In this document: in pieces, positions 24,541 through 32,908 of the stretch
Layout: the number at the start of each line of letters is the position of its first letter
How positions within the stretch are numbered: the stretch's first letter is position 1
NCBI GenBank assembly: GCA_964582655.1
Contig: CAZOTP010000002.1
Span: 1 to 40,081, forward strand
Length of the DNA stretch: 40,081 nucleotides
Source: an uncultured Pirellulales bacterium
GTDB lineage: Bacteria; Planctomycetota; Phycisphaerae; Sedimentisphaerales; SM23-30
Direction of reading: 5' to 3'
Program-made: the position numbers and the translations under genes
Notes under the pieces: model-generated
What the model saw: only the letters and a program-made list of their open reading frames with translations
The model's database searches: none
Told to the model about the DNA's origin: nothing

Positions 24541-25812
24541 ATGTCGGAGTTTGAAACCGCACAACGTCTTTTGAAACAATTCAAAGGGGAAACCTACTGT
24601 TTTGGGAGCGGCGTGTTGTCGAAAGCGGGAGCCATCGCGAAGGCCCTGGGATCGAAGGCGATTCTCATTTACGCGGATTTTGCCGGCGCGGAAGCGTATC
24701 GGAAAACTATTCAACACTCCCTGCAGCAGGCGGGAGTCGAGCTGAAAGCGTCCCTCCCCGGGGCGCGGCCCAACGCCCCCCGCGAGGATGTGGTTCGGAT
24801 TCTGGGCGATTTGAATGCTCACCACCCGGAAGTTGTCATCAGCCTGGGAGGCGGCAGCACGATTGACGCGGTGAAAGCGGCCACGGTACTGCACGCACTG
24901 GGAGGCGATATCGAAGCATATTTCGGCGTGGGAAAAGTTACGGAGGCTCTACAAGCCGCGGGAAAAACCCTCCTGCCCCATATCGCGATTCAAACGGCCG
25001 CCAGCTCCGCGGCCCATCTGACGAAGTACTCGAATATCACCGATCTGGCGACGGGGCAGAAGAAGCTCATTGTCGATGATGCGATTGTTCCGGCGCGGCC
25101 TGTTTTTGATTACCAGGTCACGCGGAACACGCCGCCTGAGTTGACGGCGGACGGCGCGCTGGACGGCATCGCGCACTGCGTGGAGGTTTTCTACGGAGCG
25201 GTCGGCAAGCCGTATTACTCCCAGATGGAAGAAATCACGTCGGCGGCGCTGAGTCTGGTATTGAACCATCTTCCCCGGGTGATGCAGAATCCCCGCGATG
25301 AGACGAGCCGCGAGGCGCTGTGCCTGGCGACCGATCTGGGGGGATACGCAATCATGCTGGGCGGCACCAACGGCGGACATCTGACCAGTTTTTCTCTGGT
25401 GGATATCTTGTCCCACGGGCGGGCCTGCGCCATTATGAATCCGTATTACACGGTCTTTTTCGCCCCGGCGATCGAGAAACCGCTGCGGGTGATCGGAGAG
25501 GCGTATCGCAAGGCGGGGTATCTGAAACAGGATCCGGAGAAATTGACCGGCCGAGAGCTGGGCACGGCAGTCGCCGAAGGGATGTTCGCGTTTGCCCGGA
25601 ACATCGGATTTCCCACGCGGCTTTCCGAGGTGAAAGGCTTTACGGAGGAGCATATCCGGCGGGCGCTGACGGCGGCGAAAAATCCGCAGTTGAAGATGAA
25701 ACTGGAAAACATGCCGGTGCCTCTGTCGGCGGAGATGATTGACGGATATATGAAACCGGTCCTGGAAGGGGCACGGGACGGGAATCTGGCGATGATTCGA
25801 AATGTTTCCTGA
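24541..25812 (+). CDS. Iron-containing (group III) alcohol dehydrogenase family oxidoreductase
   Basis: Contains the GGGSTIDAVKAA motif and has the family size. ATG 24541 lies 5 nt after AAGGAG. The track start at 24535 is a GTG overlapping the upstream stop. Confidence 0.85.
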   Translation: MSEFETAQRLLKQFKGETYCFGSGVLSKAGAIAKALGSKAILIYADFAGAEAYRKTIQHSLQQAGVELKASLPGARPNAPREDVVRILGDLNAHHPEVVISLGGGSTIDAVKAATVLHALGGDIEAYFGVGKVTEALQAAGKTLLPHIAIQTAASSAAHLTKYSNITDLATGQKKLIVDDAIVPARPVFDYQVTRNTPPELTADGALDGIAHCVEVFYGAVGKPYYSQMEEITSAALSLVLNHLPRVMQNPRDETSREALCLATDLGGYAIMLGGTNGGHLTSFSLVDILSHGRACAIMNPYYTVFFAPAIEKPLRVIGEAYRKAGYLKQDPEKLTGRELGTAVAEGMFAFARNIGFPTRLSEVKGFTEEHIRRALTAAKNPQLKMKLENMPVPLSAEMIDGYMKPVLEGARDGNLAMIRNVS

Positions 25813-25824
25813 GGAATCCGCGGC

Positions 25825-27573
25825 ATGACAGCGAAGACATTTGGCCAATTGCGAATCGATCCGGCGAAAAATCCGGCGGTGCTGGATACGGCAACGTGGG
25901 AGGAAGCGGCGGTGCGGGACAGAATCCAGGCGGCGGGGCCGGAATGGGGTAATCTGCTGGCGGATAGTCTTGCCGGCGGAAGGGATTGCCCCCCGCATTC
26001 CGATATTGCGGTGTACAGCGGTTCGGCAGGCCGGCAGGGAAGCAGCGATTTTGTCATGCTGGGCTTTTCCGATTCCCAGTATGCGTTCGCGGAGGCGGCG
26101 GGCCAGCGAGCTTCGGGGCTGTTTTCCAGTCCTCTGGCAACGCTCTCGCTGACGGGCGGCAGGCAACTGCTTGTGTATCCGGCGACGGCAGCGAATGCAG
26201 ATTGCTATGTGCGCAGCATCCAGCCGGACAAGGGGCCCCGGGCATTGGGAAGCGAGCCTCGAATCGGAATCGGGACGCGGATGTCCACATCGGTATGGCC
26301 GGCGATTTATCCGGCGATGCAGAAATACCGGTTCGCGGCAAACGCGATTCAGAATTCCATGCGGGAGCTGAACTGCCTGAACAATCTTCTGGCGGGAAAC
26401 CCGTCGGCGATGAATTACCTGTTCAGTTTCGGGGCCATCGAGGAGGGGCACACCGGCAGCACCTTCGAAGGGCTTTGGCTCTCCGGCGTGATCGAAGCGT
26501 TGAAATCCGACACGAAACCCCGGTACGGCGCGGATGCCGACCATATTCAGGTGAAGCGCGGGACGGCGGGACTGGAACGGGCGCAGAACGTCATTCAGGC
26601 GGCGCGATATTATACCTTTTACACAATGGATGTTTCCGATATCCTGAATTATCAGGCGATGCTGCCAACCGCTCCGCCGCCGAAAACGGATTATCCGGCA
26701 GACTGCATTCCCGATGCCGCGATGCGCCGCGAAATCATCCGGTATCACACCGGGCAGGGAGGCATCGCCGGAATTTCCTATGCGCCCGGGGAAGCGCTTC
26801 TTTCGAAACTCATCGGCAAATACTGGCATGCGCTGAACGCGATGGAGCGGCTGTCGGAGTATCTGGATAAGCTGAAACAGGGGATTCCGTACGATCTGGA
26901 ATTCAGCATCGACGAGAATCCGCCCGAGGTGAAGACTTGCCAGTGCATCACCGGCGAGGCGGAGCTGATTTTTGTGATACTGGAGAGCCGCCGCCGCCAC
27001 ATTCCCATTACCCATGTGGCGCCGAATTTCGGGATTGAAAAAGGGGTGGACTACCGCTGTCCGGACGGTCTTTCGGGGCTGGAAAAACGGATTGAACGCA
27101 TGCAGCGAATCGCCCTGGAGTCGGGGCTGATGCTTGATTTCCATTCCGGCGATGATTTGTCCAGCCAGACCCGGAAAGTGATCGGACGGGCGACGAGGGG
27201 GCATAACCATTTCAAAATCTCACCCATGCTGCAGGCGCTGTTTGCCGATGTCCTGTATGAAGTGCAACCGGACGCCTTTTGCTCCTGGTGGCAGGCGACG
27301 CGGCGCTATGTGGAGCAGAAGGCCCGCGACGGCTCCGAGTTTGCCACAGAATGCCTGCGTGAAACGGAAGGCACAGGCCATGCCCCCTCTCCGCAGGACC
27401 GGCTGTTTCATTACTACCATTTCGCGGCGGTGGGGATTCGCGACGCCCAGGGACAGTTCCTGAATCGCGAATTGTTTTATACATTATCGCCGGCATTTTA
27501 TGATCGGTATCGCCAGGCGGCGGAAAACCTGCTGGGCGAGGTAGCGGAAGATGTGCTTTCTCCAAACCGATAG
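25825..27573 (+). CDS. UxaE-like (tagaturonate/fructuronate epimerase family) TIM-barrel protein, tentative
   Basis: 582 aa. RIGIGTRMS..., ANAIQNSMREL... and YGADADHIQVKRG resemble the conserved blocks I recall for the UxaE family. This is not verified by any search. Confidence 0.45.
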   Translation: MTAKTFGQLRIDPAKNPAVLDTATWEEAAVRDRIQAAGPEWGNLLADSLAGGRDCPPHSDIAVYSGSAGRQGSSDFVMLGFSDSQYAFAEAAGQRASGLFSSPLATLSLTGGRQLLVYPATAANADCYVRSIQPDKGPRALGSEPRIGIGTRMSTSVWPAIYPAMQKYRFAANAIQNSMRELNCLNNLLAGNPSAMNYLFSFGAIEEGHTGSTFEGLWLSGVIEALKSDTKPRYGADADHIQVKRGTAGLERAQNVIQAARYYTFYTMDVSDILNYQAMLPTAPPPKTDYPADCIPDAAMRREIIRYHTGQGGIAGISYAPGEALLSKLIGKYWHALNAMERLSEYLDKLKQGIPYDLEFSIDENPPEVKTCQCITGEAELIFVILESRRRHIPITHVAPNFGIEKGVDYRCPDGLSGLEKRIERMQRIALESGLMLDFHSGDDLSSQTRKVIGRATRGHNHFKISPMLQALFADVLYEVQPDAFCSWWQATRRYVEQKARDGSEFATECLRETEGTGHAPSPQDRLFHYYHFAAVGIRDAQGQFLNRELFYTLSPAFYDRYRQAAENLLGEVAEDVLSPNR

Positions 27574-27581
27574 AGGCGCCT

Positions 27582-28403
27582 ATGGAACATCGACTGGAAA
27601 ACAAAGTGGCGATTGTCACCGGCGCCGCCCGGGGAATCGGGCGGGGCGCAGCGATCCATCTGGCGAGGTTGGGCGCCAAAGTCGCGGCAGCGGACCGGGA
27701 TGTAACTTCCGCCGGGCAAACCGCCGAGCAGATTCAACAGCAGGGCGGCGAGGCGATGGCCGTTGCGCTCGATCTGGCGTCAGTGCCCAGCATTCGGAGC
27801 ATGGTCGAGGCGGTCGTCCGGCAATGGCAGAAAATCGACATTCTCGTCAACGCTGCGGGCGTGATTCAGGCCAAGCCCCTGCTGGAGGTGACCGAAGCCG
27901 ACTGGGATCCGATTATCGATGTGAACCAAAAGGGGCTGGTGTTTTGCATTCAGGCGGTCGCGGCCCAGATGATTCGGCAGATTCCGGCGGACGTCCGGGC
28001 GGCGGGCCGGGCACCGCACAGCTACGGAAAAATCGTCAACTTTTCCTCCGTTTCGGGCCGCCGCGGCAGGCCCCTGCAGGTCCACTACGCCGCCAGCAAG
28101 GCCGCGGTAATCAACATTACCCAGTCGGCGGCGCTGGCACTGGCACCCTACCATATTAATGTGAACGGCATCGCGCCGGGGATGGTTCTCACCCCGATGT
28201 GGGATCAGAACGCCGCGGAAAAAGGGAAAATCTCCGGGCTCGATCCGCAGGAAGAAATTCGCCAGTTCATCGAAAAAATCCCCCTTCAGCGGCCCGGCAC
28301 GGTCGAGGAGTTGGCCCAAGTGACCGCTTTTTTCTGCTCGGAGGATTCCGACTACATCACCGGACAGACTCTCAACGTGGACGGCGGCTTCGAAATGGAT
28401 TGA
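27582..28403 (+). CDS. Short-chain dehydrogenase/reductase (SDR)
   Basis: Contains TGAARGIGRG (TGxxxGxG), the NAAG motif and the catalytic S...YAASK. Confidence 0.9.
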   Translation: MEHRLENKVAIVTGAARGIGRGAAIHLARLGAKVAAADRDVTSAGQTAEQIQQQGGEAMAVALDLASVPSIRSMVEAVVRQWQKIDILVNAAGVIQAKPLLEVTEADWDPIIDVNQKGLVFCIQAVAAQMIRQIPADVRAAGRAPHSYGKIVNFSSVSGRRGRPLQVHYAASKAAVINITQSAALALAPYHINVNGIAPGMVLTPMWDQNAAEKGKISGLDPQEEIRQFIEKIPLQRPGTVEELAQVTAFFCSEDSDYITGQTLNVDGGFEMD

Positions 28404-28427
28404 TCTCCGAATCATCAGGAGAATTCC

Positions 28428-29435
28428 TTGGCGCATTCCAGAATCATCCTGTGCCTCAGTGCGATCATGGCTTTGACGCTGGCCGGATGCCGGAAGAACG
28501 GCGATTCCCAGGACGTCGGCGCCCCGTCCCGCGTGATTCTGAAAATCGCCCATGTTCTGCCCGTCAACGAGCCGATTCACCAGGAACTTCTGGTGATGGC
28601 CCGGCAGATCGAACAGCGATCCGAAGGCACGCTCGAAATCCAGATTTACCCCAATTCCGAGCTGGGAAGCAACAAGGACAATCTGGAACAGATTCTCCGC
28701 GGCGCCAACCTTATCACTGTCGCCGATCCGGGATATGTGGGGGATTATCTTCCCGATTACACGATTATGAACGGCCCGTATCTATACCGCGGTTTTGATG
28801 ATATTCAGAAACTCGCCCAATCCGAATGGCAGGAAACGATGAAACGGCGGGCCGAGGAAAAAGGAATCAAAATCCTGGCGATGGACTGGTATTTCGGCCC
28901 GCGGCATTTTTTGAGCGACAAGCCCATCCGTACCCCTGCGGATCTGAAAAACCTCAAGGTCCGCGTTCCTCCCAACGCAATCTGGATCGAAACCATTCGG
29001 GCGATGGGCGGTCTGCCCACCCTCATGCAGTGGAGCGAAGTCTATACCGGACTGGCGCAGGGCGTGGTCGATGCGGTGGAGGCGCCTCTGTCTTCCCTCT
29101 ACGGCACAAGGCTGTACGAAGTCAAAAAACACATCTCTCTCACCGCGCACTTCCACGCCATCGCCGGGCTGCAGATTTCAAAACGGGTATTCGATTCCCT
29201 GACCGCCCGCCAGCAGACGATTTTGCTGGAAGAAGTCGATGCCGCCGGGCGGCGCGTCAGCCGGGAGGTTCAGGAGAGCGAAACGCGGTGGCGAAGCAAA
29301 CTGGAACAGCAGGGCGTCCAGTTTCACGAAGCGGATGCAGAGGCGTTTCGTACCGCCTGCCGGGAAGTCTATGACAAATTTCCGGACTGGTCGGCCGGCC
29401 TTTATGAGCAGGTGCAGGCCGCGTTAAAACCATGA
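28428..29435 (+). CDS. dctP: TRAP transporter solute-binding protein (DctP family), lipoprotein
   Basis: TTG start 6 nt after AGGAG. Signal peptide plus lipobox (LTLAGC). The layout is DctP-like (KIAHVLPVNEPIHQ..., NSELGSNKDNLEQ...). Confidence 0.85.
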   Translation: MAHSRIILCLSAIMALTLAGCRKNGDSQDVGAPSRVILKIAHVLPVNEPIHQELLVMARQIEQRSEGTLEIQIYPNSELGSNKDNLEQILRGANLITVADPGYVGDYLPDYTIMNGPYLYRGFDDIQKLAQSEWQETMKRRAEEKGIKILAMDWYFGPRHFLSDKPIRTPADLKNLKVRVPPNAIWIETIRAMGGLPTLMQWSEVYTGLAQGVVDAVEAPLSSLYGTRLYEVKKHISLTAHFHAIAGLQISKRVFDSLTARQQTILLEEVDAAGRRVSREVQESETRWRSKLEQQGVQFHEADAEAFRTACREVYDKFPDWSAGLYEQVQAALKP

Positions 29436-29974
29436 CAAACCCCCAATCCATTTCTGACTGCCGCGATGCAAATTCCCCCCCAAGAGGCAGCACCCTCGTA
29501 CGGGGGCTTCGGAATCTGGAAGAACTGCTCAGCGGCACCGCTTTGGCAATTGTGATCGGTGTGATTATCGTCAACGTGCTAATTCGGTTCTGCTTCGGCG
29601 ATTCGCTGGCATGGGCGGAGGAGATCGCGGCGATGGGATTCGCGTGGACGGTCTTTGTCGGCGCCGCGGCATGTTACAAACGAAAGCTGCATCTGGGAAT
29701 CGATCTTCTCACCCGCCTGCTGCCGGAAAGGTGGAATCGGCGGCTATCCCTGCTCACCGGCGTGCTGCTGCTGCTCACCCACGCTTATCTGACGTATTTG
29801 AGCACGGTATTTTCCTGCTCCGCGTGGAACAAACCCACCGCCGTCCTCCGTATTCCCTACACCTTCGTGGATCTTTCCGCCGCCGTCGGCTTCGCCCTGA
29901 TGACGCTCCACTCCCTGCGCTATCTGGCCGGATGGCTCCATGCCAATCCTCCGGCGGAAAGGCCGCCCGCATGA
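29432..29974 (+). CDS. dctQ: TRAP transporter small permease (DctQ family)
   Basis: 180 aa with 4 TM segments, positioned between the P and M components. The ATG overlaps the DctP stop (ATGA). Confidence 0.8.
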   Translation: MTNPQSISDCRDANSPPRGSTLVRGLRNLEELLSGTALAIVIGVIIVNVLIRFCFGDSLAWAEEIAAMGFAWTVFVGAAACYKRKLHLGIDLLTRLLPERWNRRLSLLTGVLLLLTHAYLTYLSTVFSCSAWNKPTAVLRIPYTFVDLSAAVGFALMTLHSLRYLAGWLHANPPAERPPA

Positions 29975-30011
29975 ACAAAACTACCCGGCGCATCCGTACG
30001 GAGGGGATCTG

Positions 30012-31295
30012 ATGGAATATCTTCCAATCGCCCTTCTGTTTGTCCTGTTTACGCTGGAAATCCCGGTCGCCTTCGCCCTGATCCTGGCGACCCTGAGCTA
30101 TTTTCTCTGGATCAACACGACCCTGCCGGCGGATATGATTTTTCAGCGCATGATCGCCACGGCAGAATCGTTTCCGCTGCTGGCCGTTCCCTTCTTTATC
30201 ACCGCCGGGACCGTGATGAACTATGCCGGAATCTCTTCACGGCTGATGGCCGTCGCGGAAGTCCTGATCGGTTACCAGCGGGGCGGGCTGGCCCAGGCGA
30301 ATATCCTGCTGAGCACCCTGATGGGCGGAGTCTCCGGTTCGGCCAACGCCGACGCCGCCATGGTCAGCAAAATCCTCGTCCCCCAGATGATCCAGCGGGG
30401 TTACAGCCCGGCCTTCTCGGCCGCCCTGACTGCCTCTGCCGCCGTCATCACCCCGATTATCCCGCCCGGCATCGCGCTGATTCTCTATGCCTTCATGGCC
30501 AACGTCTCCGTCGGAAAAATGTTTATCGCCGGCTATGTGCCCGGCATCCTGATGTGCCTGTTTCTGATGGCCGCCGTAAGCTGGATTTCCCGAAGACGCC
30601 GATACGCTCCCATCCGTCCCGCCCGCGCCGGCGCAAAGGAAATTCTTCACCAGCTCAAAGATTCGTTCTGGGCGATGGTACTGCCCCTGGGAATCATCAT
30701 GGGCCTTCGCTTCGGCGTGTTCACTCCCACCGAAGCGGGCGCCATCGCGATACTGTATTCCGCTCTGGTGGGATTTCTGGTCTATCGTCAATTGAGGCTT
30801 CGCGATTTTCCGAAAATCTTTTTGGAATCCGTTCTGGGAACCAGCGCCGTGATGCTCATCATCTGCGCCGCGTCCGCCTTTGGCTACTACATGAGCTGGG
30901 AACGGCTTCCCAACCAGGTCAGCGAACTGTTGCTGGGACTCACGCGGCAGCCCCTGGTGCTCATGGGATTAATTAATCTGCTGCTGCTCTTTTTCGGAAT
31001 GTTTATCGAGGGGACAGCGCTTCTGATAATCCTGACCCCCCTGCTCGTGCCGGCGGTCAGCGGGCTGGGAATCGATCTGGTCTATTTCGGAATCGTGATG
31101 GTCGTCAATCTCACCCTCGGCGGCGTCACGCCCCCCTTCGGCACGCTGATGTTCCTCACCTGCTCCATCGTCGGCATCCGCACCAGCGATTTTATTCGTG
31201 AAGTTCTTCCGTTTCTGCTGGCTCTGCTTGCCGTTCTGCTGCTGATTACATATATTCCTTCCCTGGTAACATGCCTGCCCCACTGGCTGATGTAG
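30012..31295 (+). CDS. dctM: TRAP transporter large permease (DctM family)
   Basis: 427 aa from ATG 30012 (MEYLPIALLFVLFTLEIPVAFAL...), a typical DctM sequence. The longer start in the track lies inside dctQ. Confidence 0.9.
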   Translation: MEYLPIALLFVLFTLEIPVAFALILATLSYFLWINTTLPADMIFQRMIATAESFPLLAVPFFITAGTVMNYAGISSRLMAVAEVLIGYQRGGLAQANILLSTLMGGVSGSANADAAMVSKILVPQMIQRGYSPAFSAALTASAAVITPIIPPGIALILYAFMANVSVGKMFIAGYVPGILMCLFLMAAVSWISRRRRYAPIRPARAGAKEILHQLKDSFWAMVLPLGIIMGLRFGVFTPTEAGAIAILYSALVGFLVYRQLRLRDFPKIFLESVLGTSAVMLIICAASAFGYYMSWERLPNQVSELLLGLTRQPLVLMGLINLLLLFFGMFIEGTALLIILTPLLVPAVSGLGIDLVYFGIVMVVNLTLGGVTPPFGTLMFLTCSIVGIRTSDFIREVLPFLLALLAVLLLITYIPSLVTCLPHWLM

Positions 31296-31303
31296 GAGAA
31301 TCC

Positions 31304-32590
31304 ATGAATTCGCGGGAACGTGTACTCCAAGCGGTCAATTTCCAGAACCCCGACCGGATTCCCATCGATCTGGGCGCGCTTCGCGCTTCCGGCATCAATG
31401 CCGTCGTCTATGATCGACTCAAACAGCGCATGGGCAGCCGCACCCCCACGCGCATCCATGATGCCATGCAGATTCTCGCCGACGTGGAAATGGACGTACT
31501 TGACCGCCTCCTCGGGGATGTCGTTCCCCTGGAAGAGATCGATTTTCCCTGGTTCGGCAAAGACGCCCGCCCCGTCGAAAAAACGCTGTTTTGCGGCCAA
31601 CAGGTGCTGTTTCCTCCCGGTACGATCATCCGGGAGCAGCCCGACGGCTCCTGGGTGCTCTGCCGCCCCGCCACCGGGGAACCGTATGCGCTGATGCCGA
31701 AAAACGGCTTTTACTTCGATGCTCTCCGGCCTACCATGTCCGGGAAAAAAATCGACCCGAACCTCTTTCAGCCCAACCGCACGGTATCCGATGAAATTCT
31801 GGAGTTCATGCGGCAGCGCGCCGATTTTTTATATCGAAACACCGACAAGGCGATTCTCGGCTGGGGAGGCAATGTTTCCATGCTGGGATTGAGTTTCCTG
31901 CTATCGGACAATATCACGCAGGGTTCGCTGGATGAATGGCTCTGCATGCTGATGGTCGAAAAGCAGACCGCCCATGAAATGATGAGCCGTTTCGTGGACG
32001 CCGCGATTTGCAAGCTCAAGCTTTATCACCAGGCCGTCGGCGACCGCTGCTTCGCCTGGGGCATCGCCAGCGACGACGCCGGCACCCAGAAAGGCGAACT
32101 GATTGCCCCCGATCTTTTCGCCGAAATGATCAAGCCCCACTACAAGCGCCTCTGTGACTGGGTCCACCAAAACACCAACTGGAAAACCTTCCTCCACTCC
32201 TGCGGATCCATTTTTCATTTCATCGAACACTGGATCGACGCCGGCATCGATATTCTCAATCCCGTCCAGATTTCCGCCGCCAACATGCAGCCTGAAAACC
32301 TCATGGCCCGCTACGGCGGAAAAATCGTCTTCTGGGGCGGCGGCTGCGACACCCAGCATGTCCTTCCCAACGGCACGCCGCGGGAAATCGCCGAACACGT
32401 CCAACACAATATCCAAATCTTCGGCAAGGGCCCCGGCGGCTATGTCTTCAACCAGGTCCACAACATCCAGCAAAACGTCCCCATCGAAAACGTGGAAGCC
32501 TTGTTTGCCGCCGCGCATGAATTTGCGGGCATGCAGAATTCGAAGGCATCCTCCGATTCAATGCATCCGTCCGGGAAGCGTTTGAAATGA
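31304..32590 (+). CDS. URO-D-fold (uroporphyrinogen decarboxylase/MT2 methyltransferase-like) protein
   Basis: 428 aa from ATG 31304 (GGAGAA upstream). The N-terminus RERVLQAVNFQNPDRIPIDLG is typical of URO-D-like proteins. LHSCG...GGGCD resembles the H-x-C...C zinc motif of MT2-type enzymes. It lies immediately downstream of dctM. Confidence 0.75.
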   Translation: MNSRERVLQAVNFQNPDRIPIDLGALRASGINAVVYDRLKQRMGSRTPTRIHDAMQILADVEMDVLDRLLGDVVPLEEIDFPWFGKDARPVEKTLFCGQQVLFPPGTIIREQPDGSWVLCRPATGEPYALMPKNGFYFDALRPTMSGKKIDPNLFQPNRTVSDEILEFMRQRADFLYRNTDKAILGWGGNVSMLGLSFLLSDNITQGSLDEWLCMLMVEKQTAHEMMSRFVDAAICKLKLYHQAVGDRCFAWGIASDDAGTQKGELIAPDLFAEMIKPHYKRLCDWVHQNTNWKTFLHSCGSIFHFIEHWIDAGIDILNPVQISAANMQPENLMARYGGKIVFWGGGCDTQHVLPNGTPREIAEHVQHNIQIFGKGPGGYVFNQVHNIQQNVPIENVEALFAAAHEFAGMQNSKASSDSMHPSGKRLK

Positions 32591-32606
32591 AGCAATATTT
32601 TGTTTT

Positions 32607-32876
32607 TCAATCTTCGGATCCAAAGTCCTTATAAGGGTTTGCTCTCTGCCGCACCAACGCACGCAAAATGGTATTAAGCACATCGTCGAGCCGCTTTCCA
32701 ACATCTTCCGCCAGGAACCGCAATACCATGTAGCCGTTCTCCTGCAGCAAGGCGTCTTTGCGCCGGTCACGGCGATAGGCGCCCGCGTCAGCTACATGCT
32801 GCGCCCCGTCCAGTTCCATCGCCAGATATAACGAACATTGATTAATACCGCCCTGAGATTGTGTCTGAGCGGCCAT
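32607..32876 (-). pseudogene. DUF559 (Vsr-like endonuclease fold) ORF, apparently N-terminally truncated
   Basis: 89 aa. LAMELDGAQH...YRRDRRKDALLQENGYMVLRFLAEDV...VLNTI matches the C-terminal two-thirds of DUF559. The usual N-terminal helix and first strands are missing. It starts 32 nt after the SNF2 stop. Confidence 0.55.
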
Positions 32877-32908
32877 TTCCTTTTCTGTTCGTTCTATCGT
32901 ATTCGATC

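Noticed and set aside
24949-27210. 753-aa minus-strand ORF, the longest ORF in the window, spanning two plus-strand genes and their intergenic gap
   Set aside because: It is antisense to the well-supported Fe-ADH and UxaE-like CDSs. Its composition is dominated by R, P, G and Q runs (for example RRRRIHKQLPAARQRERCQR) and it has no recognisable motif. In GC-rich DNA the antisense frame of a real gene is often stop-free, so this is a shadow ORF.
11889-32590. Calling the transketolase and transaldolase-fold operons known sulfoquinovose (sulfo-TK/sulfo-TAL) clusters
   Set aside because: This is tempting because of the transketolase, transaldolase-fold, Fe-ADH, aldehyde dehydrogenase and anion uptake genes. 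However, I see no GH31 sulfoquinovosidase-like gene, no recognisable sulfoquinovose isomerase/mutarotase set and no sulfonate exporter. The extra enzymes (DHDPS-type aldolase, UxaE-like, URO-D-fold) do not belong to those routes. It is kept only as an analogy in the findings.
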